NCBI GenBank assembly: GCA_049514195.1
Contig: JBEKVG010000001.1
Location: 1-27,612, forward strand
Source of the DNA: Anaerolineales bacterium
GTDB taxonomy: Bacteria > Chloroflexota > Anaerolineae > Anaerolineales > Villigracilaceae
DNA length: 27,612 nucleotides
Direction of reading: 5' to 3'
Shown here piece by piece: positions 7,078 to 15,409 of the stretch; within the stretch, counting starts at the first letter, position 1, and every line of letters starts with the position of its first letter. The notes under the pieces were generated by a model, which saw nothing but the letters and a program-made list of their open reading frames with translations, searched no databases and had not been told where the DNA came from. Made by a program: the position numbers and the translations under genes.

Positions 7078-7605
7078 ATGGAAAAGAGGAATCGCACGCA
7101 ACTGGTTTTGGGTCTGATACTCATCCTGGTAGCTGGCTGGCTGATCGCCACCCGCATCAACCCTGACCTGTCAAGATTCATAGCCCTATCGCCCTTTGAA
7201 TGGCCCATGTGGGTGATATTCGCCGGAGCGGCCTTGCTGATTATCGGCCTGCTGGTCGGGGCACCAAGCATGGCGGTCCCAGCTTGCATTGTGGCGGGGA
7301 TTGGCGGCATTTTGTACTATCAGAATGCTACCGGCAATTGGGAATCCTGGGCTTACATGTGGACGCTCATCCCCGGATTCGTCGGAATTGGCAGCATCCT
7401 GACCGGCCTCCTGGGCGAAGATACCAAACAATCAATCCGCCATGGATTGAATTCCTTGATCGTAAGTGTCCTGCTTTTTGCCATCTTCGGCACTTTCTTC
7501 CATGCCTGGACCATCTTCGGAGCTTACAGCATGTATGTACCGATTGCTTTGCTCTTCCTGGCAGGGATCTGGCTCATCGTGCGCGGCCTTCTACGCCATA
7601 AATAA
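7078..7605 (+). CDS. Multi-pass membrane protein with LiaF/DUF5668-like TM hairpins, 175 aa
   Basis: AAAGGAG RBS. Pattern LVLGLILILVAGWLI..WESWAYMWTLIPGFVGIG..WLIVR. Confidence 0.75.
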   Translation: MEKRNRTQLVLGLILILVAGWLIATRINPDLSRFIALSPFEWPMWVIFAGAALLIIGLLVGAPSMAVPACIVAGIGGILYYQNATGNWESWAYMWTLIPGFVGIGSILTGLLGEDTKQSIRHGLNSLIVSVLLFAIFGTFFHAWTIFGAYSMYVPIALLFLAGIWLIVRGLLRHK

Positions 7606-7616
7606 AGGAGAATACC

Positions 7617-8411
7617 ATGCATCAACGTAGTAATCTCTTCTGGGGCATCGTTCTCATCCTTTTGGCAGCCTTGCTCTTCTTCAACCAACAGGGCTGGCTG
7701 AAAGGAAATGTATTCGATTATTTCTTGCCGGCAATTGTCATCCTGTTTGGAATCTGGTTATTGATCGGCGCCTTTGGTAAAGGGCGGTCAGGCGTGAGTG
7801 GACAAAACCTTTCCATTCCCCTGGAAAGCGCCCATAGCGCCCGGATCAAACTGGATCATGGAGCTGGCCGTCTGAACATTCGAGCAGGGGCCACTTCCAC
7901 CGAAGTGCTCAACGGCGTTTTCGGTGCAGAAGTGGATTATAAGTCACAGCTCCAGGCAGACCAACTCCAGGTCAAAGTACGCAACTCCCCACATTTCTGG
8001 GGCTGGTTCCCGGGCGAAAGCCTAGACTGGGATATCCGCCTCAATGGCGATGTTCCGCTGAATTTAAAAATCGACAGTGGTGCAAGCGCCTCGACCCTCG
8101 ACCTGACGGATCTGAAAGTAGTTGAGCTCGACATCAACACCGGTGCAAGCAGCACGGAGGTCAGCCTGCCTGCTAGCGCTGGCAATACTCTGGTGGATAT
8201 CGATTCAGGCGCCGCTTCTGTGAACATCAACGTCCCAACCGGAGTGGCAGCCCGCATCAAGATCAAGAGCGGTATCGCCTCAGTCAATGTCGACTCAAAT
8301 CGCTTCCCGCGCCTGGATGGTGGTCTCTACCAATCCACAGATTTTGCGACTGCAGCCAACCGCGCTGATATTACCATCGACACAGGCGTCGGCTCGGTAG
8401 CTATTAAGTGA
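7617..8411 (+). CDS. LiaF-like protein: N-terminal TM hairpin plus C-terminal repetitive beta-solenoid domain, 264 aa
   Basis: LFWGIVLILLAALLFFNQQGWL..FLPAIVILFGIWLL, followed by six (I/L)x(I/L)(D/N/K)(S/T/H)G(A/I/V)(S/G/A) repeats. AAAGGAG RBS. Confidence 0.75.
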   Translation: MHQRSNLFWGIVLILLAALLFFNQQGWLKGNVFDYFLPAIVILFGIWLLIGAFGKGRSGVSGQNLSIPLESAHSARIKLDHGAGRLNIRAGATSTEVLNGVFGAEVDYKSQLQADQLQVKVRNSPHFWGWFPGESLDWDIRLNGDVPLNLKIDSGASASTLDLTDLKVVELDINTGASSTEVSLPASAGNTLVDIDSGAASVNINVPTGVAARIKIKSGIASVNVDSNRFPRLDGGLYQSTDFATAANRADITIDTGVGSVAIK

Positions 8412-8421
8412 GGAAAGACCT

Positions 8422-9033
8422 ATGAAACGTCTCGATTTCCGTATCTTGGTAGGCATAGCATTGATCCTGGGTGGCATTTTAATGTTGCTCGACCAGACCG
8501 GCGTACTGAAAGGCGCCACTGATTTCTTCTGGGCTGGTATTTTGGCAGTCGGCGCAGCCATCTTCCTGTTCTGGTTCTTCAGCGACCGTTCCAAATGGTG
8601 GGCTGCTATCCCCGGTTTCGCCCTGGCTGGCATGGCCGCCGCGACTCTCTTGCTCAACCAGATCGGCTGGGGTGGACTGGCCTTCCTGGGCGGGATCGGC
8701 CTGGGTTTTTGGGCCATCTATTTTTCGGGGCGTGAGCGTTGGTGGGCTATCATTCCAGGCGGTATCCTTCTCACCCTGGGTGCTACTTCGGTGATGACCG
8801 AAGCCTATGGCGTCGTGGATTCCGGCGGAGTGTTCTTTGTAGGCCTGGGGATCACCTTTGTGTTGGTAGCCTTGCTGGCAAAAATGAAATGGGCATTCAT
8901 CCCGGCCGCAGTTCTGCTTCTGTTGGGCTTCTTCCTTGGCACGCCTTTTGTGGGTGTCATGCAATATATTTGGATCGGAATTCTGCTCGTTGCCGGCGTT
9001 ATCCTGATCGCTTCGGCAATCCGGTCAAAGTAG
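8422..9033 (+). CDS. Multi-pass membrane protein with repeated WW(A)AIIPG motifs, LiaF-TM-like N-terminus, 203 aa
   Basis: RILVGIALILGGILMLLDQTG; internal repeats KWWAAIPG, RWWAIIPG, KWAFIPA. GAGGA RBS. Confidence 0.75.
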   Translation: MKRLDFRILVGIALILGGILMLLDQTGVLKGATDFFWAGILAVGAAIFLFWFFSDRSKWWAAIPGFALAGMAAATLLLNQIGWGGLAFLGGIGLGFWAIYFSGRERWWAIIPGGILLTLGATSVMTEAYGVVDSGGVFFVGLGITFVLVALLAKMKWAFIPAAVLLLLGFFLGTPFVGVMQYIWIGILLVAGVILIASAIRSK

Positions 9034-9050
9034 AATCTCTACATACAGTC

Positions 9051-9084
9051 GACGGCCCCTCAGAATTTGTCCTGAGGGGCCGTC
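9051..9084. terminator. Strong hairpin between convergent genes, probable bidirectional terminator
   Basis: 13-bp stem GACGGCCCCTCAG/CTGAGGGGCCGTC, 8-nt loop. U-tracts are weak. Confidence 0.6.
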
Positions 9085-9152
9085 GTCTTGTCCATTAACA
9101 CAGATGGTAATGCCAGCTTACCTGGAACTGCCTCTGGCGGTGGATAACGGAT

Positions 9153-9404
9153 TTATTTTACTTCCTCGACTCGTTCAATTTCCGGGAAGAACTGTCTCAC
9201 TGTTCCCTCCACCCAGCCATGCAGCGTGGCAGGAGATAGTGGGCAGCCCAGACAGGCTCCGCCCAGCCGTACTTTCAGTATCTTTCCATCAAAAGAGATA
9301 TATTCGGCTGAACCGCCGTGAAAAGTCTCAATGTAGGCACTCAATTGCTCCACCAGTGCTTTCATTTGCAGCTCGGTTTTCGGGTCCGTTATTGATTCAG
9401 TCAT
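9153..9404 (-). CDS. NifU/NfuA C-terminal-type Fe-S carrier protein (83 aa)
   Basis: YIETFHGGSAEY..VRLGGACLGCP.S..TL..VEGTVRQFFPEIERV with CxxC. GAGGAGG RBS. Confidence 0.9.
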   Translation of the reverse strand: MTESITDPKTELQMKALVEQLSAYIETFHGGSAEYISFDGKILKVRLGGACLGCPLSPATLHGWVEGTVRQFFPEIERVEEVK

Positions 9405-9413
9405 GCTACCTCC

Positions 9414-9887
9414 TCAGTTCTTGGTCGGCTGGCGCATCCCGCTTGCCAGGATGGAACTTACCTGCGCCTGTTGGCTGCGCTTGCGTTCTGCGATGACTCC
9501 CGCCAGACGCTCTAGGATGATCCTTCCCAATTCCGAGTGTTTTTCACAGATCGCTCGTAGGTCTATCCCTCGCATACGCAGAACTTCGCTGTCCAGCGAA
9601 CACACTGCACCAGACGTATAGGCCGGGTTGTTCATGGCTGCCGACCAACCAAAGATTCCTCCAGGCTGGACGCGTGTCACGGTCATCACTGGTCCGTCGT
9701 GTGGCTTAAAGCGGATGGTGACTTCTCCGCTGACAACAAGATAGAGATACTCGGCATAGTCATCCTGCTCGAAAATGACAGTTCCCGCCACCCACGTCTG
9801 TGGAGCGAAATAAGGCGCCAGCAATTGGATATCCGCCGTTTGCAGACCATTAAAGAAAGCCAGGTGACTATACTTTTCAAGATTCAT
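9414..9887 (-). CDS. Stand-alone cyclic-nucleotide-binding (CAP_ED) domain protein, ~157 aa
   Basis: GTVIFEQDD.AEYLYLVVSGEV..GGIFGWSA..YTSGAVC. No C-terminal HTH. Alternative start at 9926. Confidence 0.85.
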   Translation of the reverse strand: MNLEKYSHLAFFNGLQTADIQLLAPYFAPQTWVAGTVIFEQDDYAEYLYLVVSGEVTIRFKPHDGPVMTVTRVQPGGIFGWSAAMNNPAYTSGAVCSLDSEVLRMRGIDLRAICEKHSELGRIILERLAGVIAERKRSQQAQVSSILASGMRQPTKN

Positions 9888-10031
9888 TATTATATAGGAT
9901 ATTAGCGAAACCTGCTCTTCCTTCATAGTGGCAAATATCCTAAAAGGCTTGACATTCGTCCGTGTGTTTTGTCATGGAAATATCAGGTTTCGTGTATACT
10001 CTAGCCGGCAACTGTATCTTCTTAAAAATAA

Positions 10032-10076
10032 GGGGGGGGTGGGTGTGCGGGTGGCAGAGCCGCCCGCACACCCCCC
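10032..10076. other. Very stable GC hairpin preceded by a G8 tract in the divergent cNMP/ECF intergenic region
   Basis: 15-bp stem 10041-10055/10059-10073 with one G-U and loop AGA. G8 at 10032-10039. Confidence 0.55.
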
Positions 10077-10151
10077 ACTTGCCCCGGTACTTTCGAGGTT
10101 CCCCAGTTTATTAAGATATTACCGGCAACTTTCACACAAGGAAATCATCTA

Positions 10152-10766
10152 ATGAGTAACAGCCAGACTGAAATCTCCATCCAGGCTTTGCGCAACAGAG
10201 ATCGCCGCGAGTTCGCCCGGTTAGTGGATGCATATTCAGGCCCACTCCACCGTTTGGCACTCAAAATGCTTGGCAACGAACCAGATGCCGATGATGTGCT
10301 ACAGAATACATTCCTGAAGGGATTCCAACACATGAACGAATTTGAGGGCCGTTCAAGCCTTTCTACCTGGTTATACCGGATCGCATCCAACGAAGCTTTG
10401 ATGATGCTACGAAAACGGCGTCCGGAAATCACCTTTACCGACACTGTACCGGAGGATGAAGATGACAATAATTTCGATCCAGTCCAATTCACCGATTGGT
10501 GCTGCCTGCCGGAGGAAGAATTTCTCACAACCGAATCGCAGGCTGCTCTGGACCGCGCCGTACAACACCTTCCAGAGAAGCTGCGTATCGTCTTTATCCT
10601 GCGTGATATCGAAAATCTGTCCATCCAGGAGACCAGCCAGACCCTCGGCTTGAGCGAGACAGCCGTCAAAACCCGCCTGCTACGTGCCCGTTTACGTTTG
10701 CGGGAGGAATTGAGCAGCTATTTCGGCAAACGGCTCATAAAAGGAGCAAAAGATGAGCGAAGATGA
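10152..10766 (+). CDS. ECF-family RNA polymerase sigma factor, 204 aa
   Basis: Region 2 (DADDVLQNTFLKGF..FEGRSSLSTWLYRIASN) and region 4 (LPEKLRIVFILRDIENLSIQETSQTLGLSETAVKTRLLRAR). Confidence 0.95.
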   Translation: MSNSQTEISIQALRNRDRREFARLVDAYSGPLHRLALKMLGNEPDADDVLQNTFLKGFQHMNEFEGRSSLSTWLYRIASNEALMMLRKRRPEITFTDTVPEDEDDNNFDPVQFTDWCCLPEEEFLTTESQAALDRAVQHLPEKLRIVFILRDIENLSIQETSQTLGLSETAVKTRLLRARLRLREELSSYFGKRLIKGAKDERR

Positions 10767-11013
10767 TCATTCCAAATGCAAATCGTTACTAGGTTTCCTG
10801 TCCGATTACGTGGATGGTGAACTCAGTGAAGAACTATGCCGGGAAATTGAAAACCACGCTGCCGAATGTCAGAACTGTCGCGTTGTGGTCGATACTCTCC
10901 GCAAAACCGTCTCTCTCTATCATCAATCTGCCACGGAACCCACCGAAGTCTCCGGTGCGACACGCGCACACCTGTTCAAAACTCTGAACCTGGAAGATTT
11001 CCTACAACACTAG
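10753..11013 (+). CDS. Soluble zinc-binding anti-sigma factor (zf-HC2/ZAS), 86 aa
   Basis: C..L..LSDYVDGEL...C..IE.HAAECQNC (HxxxCxxC). Overlaps the sigma stop, AAAGGAG RBS, no TM segment. Confidence 0.92.
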   Translation: MSEDDHSKCKSLLGFLSDYVDGELSEELCREIENHAAECQNCRVVVDTLRKTVSLYHQSATEPTEVSGATRAHLFKTLNLEDFLQH

Positions 11014-11016
11014 AAC

Positions 11017-11601
11017 ATGGAAGAACAGCAGAACTCCATGCAAAACCCGAAATCGCGTGCACCTCTCTTCCTCACCTTGATTGCAGCCGGGATTTTCCTG
11101 GTTGGCGCGCTGCTCACCCCGCTACTAGTGCGCAGCCAGGAAACCGCTCTCCAAAGTTCCGGGCTCATCCGACCGCCTGCAGTCATAGATCAGGCCGCTC
11201 CACAACTGACCTTGACCGACTTGAAGGGTCAGCCGGTTTCCCTGGCAAATTACCAGGGTAAAGTGGTCCTGGTCAACAACTGGGCCACTTGGTGTCCGCC
11301 TTGCAAGACCGAAATGCCCGACTTGCAGGCTTACTACCAGGCCCACAGCGCCCAAGGCTTTGTTATCATCGCCATCGAATCGGGCGACACCGCCGCTACC
11401 GTCAGCGCTTTTGTCAGGCAGCTTGGGTTGACTTTCCCAGTCTGGCTCGATCCGCAGGGTTGGGCAGCGGGAGACTTCAAGAACTTGAATTTTCCCAGTT
11501 CCTATCTGGTTGACCGGCAGGGCCGCCTGCGCATGAGTTGGACCGGGCCGATTAACCAGGCAACCCTTGAAAAATATGTCACCCCTCTTTTGGAGAAATG
11601 A
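11017..11601 (+). CDS. Membrane-anchored TlpA/ResA-family thiol-disulfide oxidoreductase, 194 aa
   Basis: N-terminal TM helix; APQLTLTDLKGQPVSL..GKVVLVNNWATWCPPCKTEMP; FPSSYLVDRQG. Confidence 0.92.
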   Translation: MEEQQNSMQNPKSRAPLFLTLIAAGIFLVGALLTPLLVRSQETALQSSGLIRPPAVIDQAAPQLTLTDLKGQPVSLANYQGKVVLVNNWATWCPPCKTEMPDLQAYYQAHSAQGFVIIAIESGDTAATVSAFVRQLGLTFPVWLDPQGWAAGDFKNLNFPSSYLVDRQGRLRMSWTGPINQATLEKYVTPLLEK

Positions 11602-11602
11602 G

Positions 11603-12067
11603 ATGGATGCAAAAGTCATCTGGAAGCAAGGTTTGAGCTTTACCGGAAGCGCTGACAGCGGCTTTTCAGTGCCAGTCAGCACCAACCCGGAGCTGGGCGG
11701 TTCCGACGATGGGTTCCGTCCTTTGGAGTTGATGGCGGTCAGTCTGGCAGGTTGCACCGCCATGGATGTAGTTTCCATCCTTAAGAAAAAGCAACAGGAT
11801 GTGACCGCCTTTGAAGTCAAAGTCCATGCTGACCAGGCCAACGAGAACCCGAAAGTATTCACGCAGGCGGTCATTACCTATCTTGTCACGGGACATTCTG
11901 TGGACGAGGCCGCCTTGCGGCGCTCCATAGAGCTCTCCGCGACGAAGTACTGCCCAGCCCAAGCCATGCTCGGTAAGGTGGTGCCAATGGAGTTATACTA
12001 TGAGATTTTTGAAGGGGAAAGCGTGGAGGTGCGCAGGCTGGTGAAGAGAGGCACGTACGCGGTCTGA
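11603..12067 (+). CDS. OsmC/YhfA-family protein, 154 aa
   Basis: GFRPLELMAVSLAGCTAMDVVSIL.K and AIELS-type SIELSATKYCPA. ATG 1 nt after the upstream stop. Confidence 0.9.
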   Translation: MDAKVIWKQGLSFTGSADSGFSVPVSTNPELGGSDDGFRPLELMAVSLAGCTAMDVVSILKKKQQDVTAFEVKVHADQANENPKVFTQAVITYLVTGHSVDEAALRRSIELSATKYCPAQAMLGKVVPMELYYEIFEGESVEVRRLVKRGTYAV

Positions 12068-12126
12068 TACGCAAATACTGCACCTTTTCCTTTTTACTTC
12101 TTCATTTTCCTTATTACTTCTTTGTC

Positions 12127-13599
12127 TTACTTCCCCGCCCGGATATGACTGGCTGCATCCGAACAGGTACAGGCGGTAACCGTTTGGTCTCCACGCGTCA
12201 GGGTTCCCTGATAAGCTGCATTACCGTCATGAGCGATCCAGCCTTCCAGGTTGAATGGAATGACACCATCGGCCGGTATCCATTCGCCATTGTATTTACG
12301 AGCAATATGAACGTGCGTCCCGGTCGCTTCTCCGCCCTCGCAGGAGGGGAAACCGAGCGGGTCGCCTTTCTTCAATATCTGCCCAACCTCGGCGCGTCCA
12401 ACAGTCGCAATGTGTAAATAGAGAATATCCCAGCCGGTGCGCTCATCCCCGTCACCATCGAGATCCTCCATTACGACACCCGTCTCCGAACGGGCGACGA
12501 TTCCATCTGCCATTGCCACCACCGGATTATTGGAGGGATTACAACCACTGACCGGTGGTGCCAGATCGAGCGCAGACCAGGGCGGGAGTTCTGCCGTCCC
12601 CCAGCCAGCATGAGGACCACCGGTGAGACTCCACGTCTCTCCATCCTTAAAAGGAAGACGCAGGGCGGGTTGTTGTAGGCTGACCGGAATATGCGGCAGG
12701 TCCACATTTGCAGCCCAGGGGTCACCGAACAGATTACGGTAGGTACGCGCCAGACCTTCCGGTCCGATTGCGAGTGTGTACTGGGGAATCGGCGTACTCA
12801 GGGAAAAATAATACTGGAACGCCACTGTGGCGGAGGTCTGCCAGGGATCGGGGCGTTCCAGGCTGCCATCGGGATGTTGGAGCTCGGTCAGGCTGCCGGT
12901 ACGCCAATCATAGTAACCGACATTCAGCATGTTCGCCGCCCAGATAAGCTGCAAATAAAGGCCTGCATAGTTATAATCCACATAGCCAAGTGGATAATCA
13001 CCCACTGGCTGGACAGGTTGGGAAAGGGCGCCGGTCTGGTAATCCAGAAGAGCCAGCAGGACTCGCGGACTGATGCTGTAGTCGAGCGCTACCATATCCA
13101 CAAGTTCCGCCCCAGAGTGATTGGCATTCGCTGCATAGGCTTCGTACTCCTTCAGCCAGCCAGGATGGCTTGCAACAAATGCACCAGTATCGAAACCGAT
13201 GGCAGAAGGACCATTGACAAACTGGCTATCCGGCAAAATCTGGAGGGGCGTCCCCCAGAAAGGCAAATAGTAGATTGGAATTTTCATCGGCATGCCAGCT
13301 GGCATGGTGGTGACGTCCTTGGGGATCTGCGGGTTGGCGGCTTGGATTTCGGCAATAGATGTATTGAAATGGGCCGCCAGTGCCGGCAGTGTGTCGCCGG
13401 TCTGAGCCACGTAATCCACCAGTTCGCCAGGGTTATACTTCGGGCGCGTTGGCAGCGGCGTGGCGGTCGGGCCCGCCGTAGGTGTCGGGGTAGGTGGAAC
13501 GAGAGTCAAGTCCCCAGCACCCTGCGGCACACAGGCTACCAGAGAAAGAGCGAGCATTAACAGGTAAAACCGCTTGTATTGGAACACGGAAAAGGTCAT
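12127..13599 (-). CDS. Lipoprotein with LysM domain and LasA-like M23 metallopeptidase (copy 1), 490 aa
   Basis: Lipobox LVAC; LysM YVAQTGDTLPALAAHF; GGPH-x14-D, YLH, SCEGGEATGTHVH. ATGA overlap with copy 2. Confidence 0.88.
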   Translation of the reverse strand: MTFSVFQYKRFYLLMLALSLVACVPQGAGDLTLVPPTPTPTAGPTATPLPTRPKYNPGELVDYVAQTGDTLPALAAHFNTSIAEIQAANPQIPKDVTTMPAGMPMKIPIYYLPFWGTPLQILPDSQFVNGPSAIGFDTGAFVASHPGWLKEYEAYAANANHSGAELVDMVALDYSISPRVLLALLDYQTGALSQPVQPVGDYPLGYVDYNYAGLYLQLIWAANMLNVGYYDWRTGSLTELQHPDGSLERPDPWQTSATVAFQYYFSLSTPIPQYTLAIGPEGLARTYRNLFGDPWAANVDLPHIPVSLQQPALRLPFKDGETWSLTGGPHAGWGTAELPPWSALDLAPPVSGCNPSNNPVVAMADGIVARSETGVVMEDLDGDGDERTGWDILYLHIATVGRAEVGQILKKGDPLGFPSCEGGEATGTHVHIARKYNGEWIPADGVIPFNLEGWIAHDGNAAYQGTLTRGDQTVTACTCSDAASHIRAGK

Positions 13600-15269
13600 T
13601 CACCCGACTGACGGATGATCTGCGACTCCTTGACGCCAGTCTGGTTGGCAATGATCGTCTGGTCACCCTTGGTGAGCGTACCCAGGTAAGGAGCACTCCC
13701 TTCATGCGCTATCCAACCGCTCAAATCAAAAGGCAAGGGACCGCCAGCAGCCACCCACTCGCCATTGTACTTCCGGGCAATGTGCAAGTTCGTTCCGGTG
13801 GCTTCGCCGCCTTCGCAGGATGGATGCCCAATGCGAGCCCCGGCATTCACCCACGTACCCGCAGGGATGCGGTCTTTGGTGGCAATGTGCTGGTAAATCA
13901 CCACCCAGCCAGTCTGCTCGTAACCATCCCCATCCAGGTCAAGTACCACATAACTGCTTTCAGAACGCACGATCTGCCCGGGGGCGATGGCTATTGCCCA
14001 GGCATCGGACACGCTGCAACCTGTGACAGCCGCGGCCGGCGCAAAGTCCAGGGCGCCCCAGGCGCTTTCCGCTTCCCAGGCCGGGTGCGGACCGCCAGTG
14101 AAAGCCCACAAGGCACCAACTTCAAAGGGAAGAGTGAAAGTCGGCTGGTTCAGGTTTGCTGGAAAAAGCGGTCCGAGTTCGTCGGCGCGTTCCCATGGAT
14201 CACCGAACATGCTCTTATAAAGGGATAAAAAACCAGTATCCGGGTTAATTGCTTGCAGCCAATCGGCATAGTTGAGGTGCTTGGAGAAAAAATATTGCAA
14301 GGCAACGCTGCCTGCATTCAAGCTCGGCGCGATGCGCAGGGTTGTCCCATCCGGAAAAGTCAGCGAATCTAAATTCCCGGCACGCCAGCCGTAATATCCG
14401 GTCAAGAGATCCTGAATAACCAAGCGCATTGGCTGGTACAGTGTTGGGGTAGCCGGGTTGTAAGATGGATCGACATAGCCAAACAAATGACTTTCGTCCA
14501 GACCCGATTTCGGTTGTCCCTGCACCCAGCCAGTGTAATACTGGATAAGCGCCAGCAAAAGGCGCGGACTGATGGAACTTCCCACGGAGATGATCTTTAC
14601 AGCCTCCGCTCCGGAAATAGTGCCAACCGGGTTATGAAAATCTGAAAAGGTGCTCAATTTTCCCCCGGCGGAATCCACGTAAGATTCGATATCAAAACCA
14701 ACCGCGCTGGGGGAATCCACCAGTTCGCTATCCGGGATGATGCGCTGAGAAGGGGTAGTGGGAGTTTGGGATGGAGGCTCAGGCAGGAACAGAAGCGTAC
14801 CGGGGTTGATAAAGCCGGTGGCAGGCAGGGGCGCCGGCGATGTAATCTCCGAAGTTGGGACCCCAAAATGAATAGCAACCACGTTCAGGCTGTCACCCGA
14901 TTGCGAAGTGTAGGAGATGGTGTTCGCCGGTACATCGGTGGTCACGACTGGTGTTGCCGTACTGGAGGGTACGGTGACAGTTGCAGGTTGATCCGTGGCC
15001 AGCGGTGGCAGGGGGGAAGCAGTGAGAATTGGCGATGTGGGTGTTGTTGATACAAGCTCCGGTAGAACTGTTCGGCTGTTTATGGGGCCTGTCCCGGCCT
15101 GCCCCGGTACTTTCGGGGTACTTCCGGGACCTGTCCCGGTTATTTCGGGAGTGTGCGTCAGGTACGGTTCATAATTTCCCCACAGGTCGCTGCCGCAGGC
15201 AGACAAGAGCAAAACAATGACAAGAAACAATGCGAGTGTTTTGCTCGGATGCAACGAAGTAGGTTTCAT
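13596..15269 (-). CDS. Lipoprotein with LysM domain and LasA-like M23 domain (copy 2, HxH changed to NxH), 557 aa
   Basis: Lipobox LSAC; long Pro/Thr linker; LysM YTSQSGDSLNVVAIHF; GGPH-x12-D, YQH, SCEGGEATGTNLH. Confidence 0.88.
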   Translation of the reverse strand: MKPTSLHPSKTLALFLVIVLLLSACGSDLWGNYEPYLTHTPEITGTGPGSTPKVPGQAGTGPINSRTVLPELVSTTPTSPILTASPLPPLATDQPATVTVPSSTATPVVTTDVPANTISYTSQSGDSLNVVAIHFGVPTSEITSPAPLPATGFINPGTLLFLPEPPSQTPTTPSQRIIPDSELVDSPSAVGFDIESYVDSAGGKLSTFSDFHNPVGTISGAEAVKIISVGSSISPRLLLALIQYYTGWVQGQPKSGLDESHLFGYVDPSYNPATPTLYQPMRLVIQDLLTGYYGWRAGNLDSLTFPDGTTLRIAPSLNAGSVALQYFFSKHLNYADWLQAINPDTGFLSLYKSMFGDPWERADELGPLFPANLNQPTFTLPFEVGALWAFTGGPHPAWEAESAWGALDFAPAAAVTGCSVSDAWAIAIAPGQIVRSESSYVVLDLDGDGYEQTGWVVIYQHIATKDRIPAGTWVNAGARIGHPSCEGGEATGTNLHIARKYNGEWVAAGGPLPFDLSGWIAHEGSAPYLGTLTKGDQTIIANQTGVKESQIIRQSGE

Positions 15270-15409
15270 CAGCGTGAGATTATACCTTAGCTATTGGAGA
15301 GCAGAGATTAGAGGGTGGTAAGGAAACATCGCCAGCAAAACAGATTGATTTGAATACAAGGGTGGGAGATCCTGTCGCCAACGCAGAGCACTCTCTCGGG
15401 GTTAATAGT

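Noticed and set aside
9949-9974. TTGACA and TGACA-N15-TGTCA inverted repeat
   Set aside because: No -10 at proper spacing, and 5-bp arms are readily expected by chance.
10124-10151. GGCAAC-N16-CATCTA as an autoregulatory ECF promoter
   Set aside because: The -10 abuts the ATG, so the TSS would fall inside the start codon, and the spacer contains the likely RBS (AAGGAA).
10080-15115. 16-mer TGCCCCGGTACTTTCG at 10080-10095 and 15100-15115
   Set aside because: A rough expectation for one such repeat in 27.6 kb is about 0.1-0.2 or more given GC bias, and only two copies were seen.
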